Origin: Felis catus
Taxonomy: Eukaryota
NCBI RefSeq assembly: GCF_018350175.1
Contig: NC_058368.1
Location: 174,036,001-174,100,000 of the forward strand
Length of the DNA stretch: 64,000 nucleotides
Reading direction: 5' to 3'
Positions 1-11,070 of this stretch are shown here, in pieces. Position 1 is the first letter of the stretch. Each line of letters opens with the position of its first letter. A program made the position numbers and the translations under genes. The notes under the pieces were generated by a model. That model saw only the letters and a program-made list of their open reading frames with translations, searched no databases and was not told where the DNA came from.

Positions 1-359
1 AGACATTCTGATTTCAAATCTATGGTCTCATGGTCCTCATTAACACATTGCTTATCTCCATCACTATTTTTTTTTATTAATTTTTTTTTTTTATTATCTA
101 GGAAACGTAGTTTCCTGCAGTTCCTGCAGTTTCCTGCAGTTCTTTGGTGCTGTGGGAGTGGAATTAGCCAGGACAGGCTAGGTTATGCTGTGACAATGGA
201 CAACCCAACCCCTGGGAGCTCAGAGGAGGGGTGACGTCCTCTGCCTGGAGCACACGTGTGTCATCAAGGAGAGCCTTTCAGAGGCGGGGACACAGAGCTG
301 TCCCTGCAGTTAGAGAAGTTACCAGCTAGCCTGGGGGGTGGGACAGTGGGACATCATTA

Positions 360-1302
360 ATTAAAAATATTTATTGACACCTCCTGTGTGGCAGGCAGTG
401 TTCTAAGTGTGGGGATACAGTTGTGAACAAAACAGACAAATCTCTGCTTTCAAGGAGATGATTTTCTGGTGGGGGGCTAGAGAAAGGACAAGCAGAGCAG
501 GGATGGTGCTTGCTGTTTTGTATCTGGTGCTCAGGACAGGGCTTGGTGACAGGTGCCACTTGAGCAGAGGCCTGGAGGAGGCAAGGGAGTGAGCCAGATG
601 GGGATTTGGGGGAAAAGTGTAGGCAGAGGGAACACAGTGCACAGTCCCTGAGGTAGAACCTTGCTGGGCCCTGGGAGAAGCCAGGAGACTAGAGCTGCAG
701 GGAGGGTGGCGGGCATGCAGGGATGTGGGGGGGCGGAGCGGGGAGCAGGGGTGGGCCTGTGGGTTTGGCTGCTGGACAAGTACAGAACGCCCAGTTAAAT
801 TTGAATTTCATATAAACAACAAATAAATTTTTAGTATAATAAGTATGAACCATGCAAAACTGCCTTTCTCTGAAATTCAAATTTAACTGGGCGTCCTGTG
901 TTTTCCTTTGCTAAATTTAGCTAGCCTAGTGTCAGGCCTCTGTAAAACTTTGGTTTGACTCTGAGATGAAAGCCACTGGAGGATTTGGAGCAGAGGAGGG
1001 ATAGGATGTGATTAGTTTTAAGGGGATCCTCTGGGTGCTATGTTGTGATCAGACTGCAGTAGGTAGGGGCAGAAGCTGTGGGTGGGGCATGGGAAGTGAG
1101 AGATGGGGGCTAGTATGGCAGTGGGAGTTTGGAAACATGAGGGGAAGCCAGACATGTTTGGAAGATGGAAGTGACCCTGTTTGCTAACAGGTTGGTCATG
1201 AGGTGGCAGAGACAGATAGGGGACAAAGAAGACTCAATGGCCTTTGGCCTGAGCAACTGGAAATACTGAGATGATGGCATGAGATGTGTGTGCATGTGTG
1301 CA

Positions 1303-1333
<31 letters not shown>

Positions 1334-1560
1334 GTGTGTTTAGACACATTGTTAAGATACCTACTCTGTAACCAGGAGGAGATATCCAGTACACGGTTGG
1401 ACGCATGGGCCTGGGCTTCTGGAGAAGACCCTTGTTTGTCACTAGTACAGATGTCATTGAAAGCTGTGCCTGCTGAGAGTACCAGGATGCTGTGGAGATG
1501 GAAGGGGCCCTGATCCAGGCATCTGCAAAGGCCTGAGGCTTTGGGGTGCACTCAGGGTAC
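360..1560 (-). mobile_element. L2 LINE 3' relic, interrupted by MER53 and a (TG)n tract
   Basis: Begins with the typical L2 3'-end reverse complement (tttattgacacctcctgtgtggcaggcagtgttctaag...gtgaacaaaacagac), followed by purine-rich L2-like sequence. Confidence 0.65.
760..928. mobile_element. MER53-like palindromic non-autonomous DNA transposon, inserted in an L2 relic
   Basis: Inverted arms 782-810 and 871-899 (acag[a/g]acgcccagttaaatttgaatttca, 1 mismatch in 29 bp), matching the recalled MER53 consensus. Confidence 0.8.
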
Positions 1561-2584
1561 GAAGAGGGGTTGAGTGCTGATGGCTAGGCCAAATTGGTGG
1601 GGAAAATGAGGTTGGCTCAGCTTTGAGGACCAGAAGCCATGGAGGGCACTAAGCAGGGGAGTGCTGTGCCAGATCTGTGTGTTAGATCTGAGGCAGGGCG
1701 GAGGGGAACCTGGGGTCCCCTGTGTGGGGCTGGGAGGGCAGTGAGGACACTGGGGTGCCAGTCTTGGCAAAATGGGGGGAGGCCTCACCAGGACAGCAGC
1801 AGGGGGTCAGAGCCAGGGCCACAGAAGAGAGGGTGGGTTTGTGTGGGACTGATGGGGCTAGGTGGCAGACTGGATGTGGGGAGTTGAAGATGCATGTCCA
1901 GAGCCTTCAGGCTCTTGCAGGGCTGCGGGGGGGGGGGGGGGTGGGCAGAGAAAGGAGTGCAGAGCCGGTTCTCCCCCAGCACCCCACGGCCACTGTGCTT
2001 GTTAGCAAGGAACACTCCTTAGAGGGAACATATGTGCTGTTATTTTTAGGTGATTAGCCGCACGTCGTGGAGCGTTTGTTTGCCAGTCGTGGGTAAACAA
2101 AAGCCATTTGTCAAAATGAGATGTTCTAGCCTCATCCTCCCCTCACAGGCCAGTTGCCGGCTGTGAATTCCTGTTGCATCAGCCGTGAGGCTAATTAGCT
2201 CCACTGCTCCTGAATAATAATGGCCACATTCACGGAGAGGTGTCTGCATGCCAGGAGCCTTGCAGACGGTACAAAACTTGAAGCTGCTCAAAATGCATCT
2301 TTGTTGGTCCCATTTTGGAGTTGGAGAAACTGAGGCTGAACATCTACCCTCCCCCATCCCAGGAATGGGGACTCAGCAATGCCATCAGTCACTGTGGAGC
2401 AGCTTAGGTAATTGGATGAGTGCTGGGAATCCCATCAAGAGGCTTGTTCTGTGTCTCCCCTTCTGGGTGCTGACTTTTGGGACCTCTGGGTAAAGGGGCC
2501 AGAGAAGCTCTAGAGGAAGGAGCATGGATGGGCTTTGGATGGGGACAGCAATGAGTTTTTGGCTTGTCTTTGCCACTCAAGCGC

Positions 2585-5500
2585 AGTATATAATCTTGGA
2601 CTGGGCTCTGTGATACAATATGCAGGGAGTTTAGTAGGGAATGCTCCTGAGATCAGTATCTTTGGAAGGGAGGGGACGGACACAGGATTGGGCGAAGGAG
2701 GAAGCCAACCTATCGTGCTGTCTTTATGGAAGCTCAGTTGGTCCTGTAGGGAGTTGATGACCCTTCAGGGCTGTTCTGAGTTGAGGCAAAAGGGCTGGGC
2801 CTTTGCACTCCATGTTGATCCATCATAGTCTGTAGGTCACTCCAGGAATGGAGTGTGAGGGCCTGACAACCATCTGCCAGCAACACCCACAGAATCTGGG
2901 GGAATAGGTCCTTTACTCCTGCAGGGGGACCTGGGTGGTGCCTCACAGAGCCCACCACGTCCACTCCTTGGGCCTCTTCTGGGAGAGGCTCCTCTAGGAG
3001 TGAAAAAGAGGGCTAGTGGATGAACTATAGCACCCTTCCCTCTTCCTGCTAAGGGTTTTGTGGTATCAGGGGCTGCAACCAACATTCTTCAACTTCCTCC
3101 TCCACTAGCCACCAGAGATCCCTGTCACTCTCAGGTGACATCTCTGTGGGGACGGAGACTCTGGTCACCATGCCCTTTTCAGGCCTGGATGGCTGCACTT
3201 GTCAGTTTACCATCAATATGGGCAAGAGAGCACCAAGAGGCACCCAAAGGGATCACCTATGTGTCACCATATTCTTCCCTGTCCCCAAGGGTGACTTCCT
3301 CCTGATGACCAGGGTCAATTGCTCTGGCCAGGATGGCCACTCTTCATGCTTGCTGGTTCCCTGACACTAGGAGCCTAAAGTGCCAAGGGGGAGGCAGCTG
3401 TAGCCCATAGTTTAAGGGACTTTACCGCGTCCACTGGCAAAAGTACCCTTCCTTTGGGAACAAGGAGCCCACAGAACCCATAGTTGAGGGATGGAAAGCA
3501 CAAATTCTCTACATGGGTCACTGGGAGGAATGTAAGCTGGGCCACTTAAGCTTCCTCTTAGACCCATGTATCCCACTGGGACACAGTGCCATATAAGGTA
3601 TTTGATTTAAAGTGATACTGCATCTTGGAGGATGGTGCCCAGACCTCATGAAATATTGTTTCTGAGTTGGCTTTTCAGCGGTGCTTTAGCAGGCTGTTAC
3701 ACTGCCCCACCTGGCCAGAAGCTTTTGGGTAATGGGGTGCACGATGGCAGCCCGCTCCCCTACTTCATGGGTTACTGCTGTAAGATGAGTTATTCGGTTT
3801 GACGTGATGTTATGTGGTATCATATGCCTGTGGATTCACCACTTCATACACCCTTGGATAGACAGCCTGTGGGCAAGGAAGGCCAATCTGTGTCTGGAAC
3901 ATGTCTCTATTCCTGGTCTTTCCAGGGAGGAGGGGTCCAGAGTAGTCGTCTGTTACATATTGACCCAAACGAATCTAAGGTTTTGTCCTCCTCTCTAGCT
4001 GGTGGCACAGGATCCCTGGTGGGGCCATTTGTGTGAGCTGAGGGTACTGGTAAAACAGTGGTGGGTGACAGGGTTCTTTTACCTGCTATGCAGCTTGCTG
4101 GTGAACTCAAGTCCTGATCATGTTCAACTCAGGATGTACCCACCTTCTGACTTCGTGGGTCTGACAGACCCGGCTCATGATGGGCAGTTCTGGGTATGTG
4201 AACACTCGGCATCTCATAATTGGGCGCTCTGTCTCTACCAGAGCCAGGAGCATGCCACAACCTGTTTTTCAAAAGATGTAGAATTCTTCACTACAGATGA
4301 TATGCACTTGCTCCAGAATTCCCAGGGTCTCCATTGTGGTTCTCCCCAGGGAGCTTGTCACACCTCACAGGGCATCCTTTCCTATCACTGTCCTATGTGT
4401 CTAATACCATACGGTCTGCTGAATCGGTCAGCCCAAGTGTCAGGGCTGATGGTGCCAGCAGCCTGAACCTTCTGCAGAGTTCTTCCTCGCTCTGGGCCTT
4501 GGTAGCCCCTCATATCACAGTACTCCCAGACATGAAATAATTTTGCTTCCAAACCCATCTATCAGGTGCTGTGCTTTCTTCTTTGTGATGGGAGGTGAGA
4601 GATGAAATAATTTGTCTTTACTTTGGGGGTGGGCCCAAGTATTTACTAGACCACAGGATTCCTAGAGATTTTACTGACATGGTGGGCCCCTGGATCTTCA
4701 TCAGTTTTCTCTCTCACCCTCTGGCCTCCAGCAAGCTAGGTGCCTCTTGTTCATCAGCTCAATCAGCATGATGTCATCAGTGTAATGGATTGGTGTATGT
4801 TCTCCAGTGTGTCCGAATGGTCCCGATCTCCTTGGACTACCATGACAGAGCCTTGGTGAAAATGGTGAATGCATGTTGTTGTCGGTTCTTTGTGAATGTG
4901 TGCTGTTCCTGATTTTCTTTCTTGATTGGGATAGAAGAGAATACAGTTGGCAAATTAATGACTTCGTAATATGTACCCGAGTTCACATTCTTCAGGTTTC
5001 ACCTGGTTTCCATGGGGGGCAGACTGGTGAATTAAGTGGAGCCATGATAAGAATTATTACCCCTACGTCCCTAAGATCTTTAAGAATGGCACTAATATTT
5101 GCCATCCTCCCAGGGTGTAATACTATTTTTGATTTACCACCTTAGCCAGAAGGAGCAGTTTCAGAGGCTTCTGCTTGTTCTTCCCCACCATGACCACTCT
5201 TACCTCACAGGATAAAGGAGTTTGTGCCAATTACTAAGTATGTCTATTTCAGTTATACATTTGGAGACTCCTGGGTGGGATGCAGTGGGCCCACTGTGAC
5301 CAGGCCTGGGCTAGAACTCCATTTATCACCTGACCCCCTGACCATGATGATGCTTGGAGGTAGCAAAGTGATCTTCAATTCTGTGCCCAACTGCCCTAGA
5401 AATGCTTGCGTTATTGCCCTTTTCTCAGTATTCAGTTACCTGAGGAACTTGGGGGAAGGACTGGGGAAATCATTGCTGCGTATTATTGCAGGGTCCTTCC

Positions 5501-7390
5501 TCCTGGGGACACAGGCTTTCCCTCAACCAGTGGATTCCAGGTCTAAAAACCTACTCAGGTATGAAACTAGGGAAGGGATTGTTACTTCTTATTGGGGTGA
5601 CTATCTTCAGTCTCCCGACAGCCCATCTTAGATGTTTTGTTTTGTTTTGTTTTGTTTTGTTTTGTTTTGTTTTATGCAGATAGAGTAGTATCCTGGTTGG
5701 CTGATGCTATGTTCTAGCAACTCCATGACCCTCTGCAGGTCAGGCTCTCCTCGCTGTCCCTCCACCTTACCACTCATCACAGAATTGCGTCTTCCTGCCT
5801 TCAGGTGGTTTCTGTGTTTTCAGGGCCCTATCACCCCCACTGCTGTGAGTAAGCCCGGTTTGCAATGGCATCTCCTACTGCCAGCTCCAGCCTCCAGAGA
5901 AGAGCCATCCTTGAACTTCCAAGTGATGCTGGGGCCACTCACCAGTGCACTCCTGACCGCCTTGCAAATGGTATGTCCTCTGGGTTCTGTGTGCAGTATA
6001 GGCCTCTGGAGGGAGTTCTGGCCTTACATAGTATAGGACATCCCCTCTGCCGTGCCCACTTCTCTGAGCCTTTCAGTGCCTTCTTCCAACATCTGCGGTG
6101 GCACTTTTCACTTCACCTGGGCCACTGCTTTCCCCATGCTTCTGGGGACCCCTGGGGTACTCGTGAGGGTGTTAAATCCTGTGTCCTGGGAGGGTGCTCC
6201 CATACTGATAAATGCTCCCTTTATCTAGCTTTGTGCATTGGCCCTGTTGATCACTCACCTTCCGTCCCAATCCAGAGCCATGTTGACTAGGTGCTGCAGC
6301 TCCTTTGGGGTAGAGCCCCCATCTTTCCACATTGGGCCCAGTGTGCCCACAGCTACTTTATGTGTGACTTAACCCTAGTTATCGGCCCAATGACATCAGC
6401 AGAAGTGGAGCAGATCCTGAGTGTGGACATGTCTTGGCAGGGAGAAGCCTCTGCAGTCTCAGGTGAGGAGGGAGTGCTAGCTCCCAGAAGGGAGGGGCAA
6501 GCTCCTGCAGACTCAGAGCATTCAGGGGATCTGGAGAGTTGGGCTTTTGCAATATCCCCACCCAGATGTCCCCATACTGCGTGTCGGGGTTTCATTCTTT
6601 CCTAACCAGGGCTTTGACCTTGGCAGAGCAGACGTGTCTTGGCTGGAGTTGAGCCTAGGGCAAGTTTTCACATTTTCTGTCCTTCTGTGGTGGAAGATGA
6701 CCACCTCTCTAAACAGCAACAGAAGGCCCTCTGGCTTTCACATTTAGCTTTTAATTGCTGACTAATCATACTCAGCTCTGTGTTATTGTTTTCAGGATCA
6801 GTGAGGTTTAACAACAGCTACCCAGTTCGATTGTCCTTGTAGTTACTGTTTCTTCCATATTTCTTATATGCATCACTCTAATTAATGGATTCCCTGTCAC
6901 CAGTCTGCCATCCTAGTTCATCACTCAACCAGCTGGGTGGCAGGTGATTCTGCTCCAAACTCCCATCCTGGTGTCTGCTTTCCTGACCCACTTTTGGTAC
7001 AAACTGTATGTAACAGGTTGGGTTCTCAGAAAGCAGACTCTGTGACAGAATTCAGCATGTGGGGTATTTATTAAGAATTATTCTTAGGATCAACACCTGT
7101 GGAGGGGAAGAGACAGAAACAGGATAGAACAGAGAGAGAAGTCAAGTTGCCCCATAGTACTGTTTGAAGCCTCAGCTGGCCCTGCAGTGAGTCCTGAAGG
7201 TGGTGTGATCTTTTTGAGCTGTTCTGAGTTGGGGCAAAAGGCCCTGGCAGTCCTGGGAACAGGCTGGTGACCTTGGGTGATGTGGTCTTCTTCTGCTGAA
7301 GCAGTCTCTGATGGTACTGATAGCTGAGGACTGTCTGATGGCAGCTGGGGTAATAGGGTCTTTATTCCTATTGGAGCATCTACCCCAACA
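2585..7390 (-). mobile_element. Decayed ERV-L class provirus (LTR16/ERV3-16A3-like) with two LTRs and a gag-pol-dUTPase remnant
   Basis: Related direct LTRs at ~2585-2958 and ~7005-7390. tRNA-Leu-type PBS relic at 6987-7002, PPT-like aaggagtggac at ~2959-2969. Minus-strand peptides: HYTDDIML (4764-4787), KIQGPTMSVKSLG, DKLFHLSPPITKKKAQHL, WEFWSK...FEKQVVAC, and dUTPase-like LVPKGRVLLPVD / AILARAIDPGHQEEV (~3294-3464). Many stops and frameshifts. Confidence 0.85.
5634..5673. repeat. (TGTTT)n pentamer repeat inside the ERV-L
   Basis: Read directly. Confidence 0.9.
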
Positions 7391-7646
7391 CCTGTGAGTT
7401 CACTTATCTGTAAGACACGGATATAAAAAGTCCTAGCTATTGCTAGGCTAATTGATAAAGACTCCATAAATGGTAGCTATTGCATACTTTATAGGTAGTT
7501 ATTTGAGGATAAAACTTCAACTCAAAATAATTCAAGTCATGAAAGGAGTTTACTTGTTCACATAATTGGGAACATGGAAGTGACTTCAGGAATGGATGGA
7601 TACAGGAGCTCAAAGAATTTCATCAGGATGGGTCTCAATCTCTCTT

Positions 7647-7649
<3 letters not shown>

Positions 7650-7697
<48 letters not shown>
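7650..7697. repeat. (AC)24 microsatellite
   Basis: Read directly. Confidence 0.95.
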
Positions 7698-7699
<2 letters not shown>

Positions 7700-7801
7700 G
7701 TCTTTCCATCTCTAAGTCCCCAATTCCTCTGAGTTGGCTTCACTCTCAGGCAGTCTGCCCTTGAAGGCTAACAATGGCCCTCAACGGGGGGTGGGGGGAC
7801 A

Positions 7802-7966
7802 TTATATCTATCTGTATCTATACCTATACCTATACCTATACCTATACCTATACCTATACCTATACCTATATCTATATCTGTCTATATATCTGTATCTATA
7901 TATGTATCTATGTCTATATCATCTGTATCTATATCTATGTTTATATATATATATATATCTATATCT
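7802..7966. repeat. (TATACC)n/(TATATC)n compound hexamer repeat at the 5' junction of the L1 fragment
   Basis: Read directly. Confidence 0.9.
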
Positions 7967-8378
7967 GAATATTACTCAGCCATCAAAAAGAATGAACTCT
8001 TGCCATTTGCAATGATGTGGATGGAGCTAGAGTATATTATGCTAAGTGAAACAAGTCAGTCAGAGAAAGACAAATACCATATGATTTCACTCATATGTGG
8101 AACTTAAGATACAAAATGGATGAACATATGGGGAGGAAAAAAAAGAAAGAGAGAGGGAAACACACCATAAGAGATTCTTAACTATAGAGAACAAACTGAG
8201 GGTTGGTGGAGGCAGGTGGGTGGTGGATGGATGATGGGTACTAAGGAGGGCACTTGTTGCGATGAGCACTGGGTGTTGTATGTGAGTGATGAATCACTAA
8301 ATTCTACTCCTGAAACCAATATTACACTATATGGTAACTAACTAGCATTTAAATAAAAATTTGAAACAAGAAAAAAAG
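7967..8378 (+). mobile_element. 5'-truncated carnivore L1 (ORF2 C-terminus, 3' UTR and A-tail)
   Basis: Encodes EYYSAIKKNELLPFAMMWMELEYIMLSETSQSEKDKYHMISLICG, the L1 ORF2 C-terminus, followed by carnivore-type 3' UTR, aataaa and an A-rich tail. Confidence 0.9.
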
Positions 8379-10874
8379 AGAGAGAGAGAGAGAGAAGAAA
8401 AGATGGTCCCTAACAGCTCCAGGTCCACATCCTGCCAGCTCAGGAACACTGGCAGAACGAGGGGGCCAAAACCTCCCAGTGATAAATCCTACTTATTGGC
8501 CAGGCCTGGGTCATGGGGCCTCTCAAGAGCGGGGAGGATGAGGTCAGCCCTTCTTGATGGGAAGCTGGGGTTAGGCAGTGTCCCAAAGGAAAACGGAGAT
8601 GCCGTGAGCAAATAAAAGTCAACAGATGATGGTAAAAAACACATCCACACCCTCTCCACCTTGAAGGCTTCTTTTATTCCATCTAGAGAATAGAAGGGCG
8701 TCAGACTGATCTTGCCTATGTGGGGCCATGTGCTATGTTCAAGAATATGTCTCACACGTCTACACGTGGCTGCCTGGAAACTTGCCGCATGGCCCACTAG
8801 CCATGATTGTGAGGTGCATCTACTGGGTCCAGGGACTGAGGCCAAGTCCAGGTGGATTGAGAGGCAACTTTCAACTCCAGTTTGTCTTCTAGATCATTCG
8901 CTCTGCCAGTCAATATACATTTATTAGTGTCTACTTTTGCCAGCCCAGTGTGGGACCCTGGTGATAGAGACTGAAAGCCCCTCCCCAGTGAGGACTCAGG
9001 GTAACTGAGGACTCAGCCACATTGTATGCCATGGGACATAGCAGCAGGGAGCTGGATGGCTGAGGGGGACCAGGCCCAGCAGCCCCTGAGCCTCTCTGGC
9101 CTTCAACTATGTTCTCTTTGGCCGACAATCATTTAAAAAGATTTATTTATATTACCATTACTGTAATATTTCATCAGCTCTGCTATGAGACTTATTGCAA
9201 AGTATGCCTCCATTTTATGTACCATTGAGAGACATGCCAACAATTTTAAGATGAACCCCCAAATTTTAATGATGTTTATATATGAAAAAATGTGCTGCCG
9301 AGTAATGAGGACATACAGTAATTACCAACACTTAAAAATGGGGCTATTTCATATTAAACTCCCGTATCCTGGTTTCTTCTGAATAATTGCATACTTCCTC
9401 AACCCAGGGCTGGCACCTTTGCGTGGCAACAGTCAGCCGGAGATGAGCAGGACTTTCCCCTTTTGTTGTTTGCTTTATTTTTGTTATTTGTTTTAAATAG
9501 ATCATACATTCTTAGGGTTCAGAAATCAAAACAATACGAGACAGTATAGAATGAAAAGTCTGACTCCCACACCTGTCATCATCCACTCTGTTCTCAGCCC
9601 CTCACCACAAATAAAGCCCTGCATTACATTCCCATGCTTCCTTCCATTTTTTAAAAAAAAAAATGCAGACACAAACAAATATGAATAGATACACCTCAAC
9701 TCTCTCATTTAAAATAGGTTCTGCCTTTGTTTTGATCACTTAATGATGTGTCTAGCAGATATTTCCAAATCTGCAGAGAGATGCTGGCCCTCCAGGGGGG
9801 AACAGGTTCCCCATTAACTGAAGTCTCCCTATACCAGCTTTCTTCCTTGCATACCCACTGGGCCCCTGGGGACATCAGACTGTAGTCTTCCTCATCTATC
9901 CTGGAGACACTCAGCAGATGCCAAGGCCTAGGGTTGGGGAGGGGGGCAAGCACGTTGGGGCAAAGGAGGTGAGATGGATAGGAGGTAGTACTTGTGAGTG
10001 GATGCATGTGCATGGATGCTTTGGTCTGGCTTAAAAGCTCTCTGGTAAGTGGATAGGGTTGCAGGGATAAACAAGGTCCAGGAGTTCAGAGACTCACTGG
10101 CAGCAGGAGAGCAAAATGAAGCAAATGGATAGTTGGGAGACCAGAGCAGAGAGTATGAGCTTGGGTAAATTAATTAAACTCTTTGAGTTTCTGACGCCTC
10201 ATTTGCAAAACAGGGATCTTTTAGTCCCTATTTTTAGGATTATTGTGCAGGATAAATGCAACAACAGTTCCTGTCATATAGTAAACACTAGTATGTATTA
10301 TCTCTGTGGAGGCATAGTGGAAGGAATAAGACTGCTTGGAGGTGGCGGTGAGTGGGGTTTTGAAGGCTAAATAGGAGTTCACAAGGTAAAAAGTGTAAAT
10401 AGTACGTTCTAACACAGGAAATAGTATGGGGTCTTCTAGCTTGCCTTCAGGTGTTAACTCAGTTTCAAGGAGGATGTAACTCAATCTCATACAGAAGATG
10501 TGGCCTGCCTAAAGTCAAGCATGCAGGAATGCAGAGCTCCATACCCAGTTCTGTCTGACTCTGACCCCGGTGGTTAATGCTCAAGTTAGAACATGTGTAC
10601 TATCATTCTCGAGACCTATTTGTGTTGTAGCTCAGGGCTGATAAATTGGGTTGCTGTGGCATGTGAGGCAGCCTTGCCCTCTGAAGGAAGAAAAATCACC
10701 TGGTGCTCAAGGGCACAAACCGGGATACCTTCTCTGAGCTCTGCTTTCTATGTAAGCTCTGCTCCCAAGCAAGTTTCCCCCAGGAAGTGGCAAGATGGCT
10801 GCTGGCAGCTCAACTGGGCCAGCAGAGCTACTGCAGAGGAGAGAGGGAGCCCCTTTCCTAGTGGTTGCAGTTAA

Positions 10875-11070
10875 TGTTTTCATTTATTTTTGAGACAGAG
10901 AGAGACAGAGCATGAGCAGGGGAGGGGAAGAGAGAGAGACACACACAGAATCGGAAGCAGGCTCCAGGCTCTGAGCTGTCAGCACAGAGCCCGATGGGGG
11001 GGCTCGAACTGACGGAGTGTGAGATCATGACCTGAGCTGAAGTCAGACGCTTAACCGACCCAGGCGCCCC
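10875..11070 (-). mobile_element. Feline Can-SINE (SINEC_Fc-like)
   Basis: tRNA-derived head ggggcgcctgggtc, (CT)n region and A-rich tail; flanking direct repeat tcctagtggttgcagttaa at 10856-10874 and 11071-11089. Confidence 0.92.

Noticed and set aside
110..141. Three tandem copies of ttcctgcagt
   Set aside because: Short slippage repeat with no spacers and no functional evidence.
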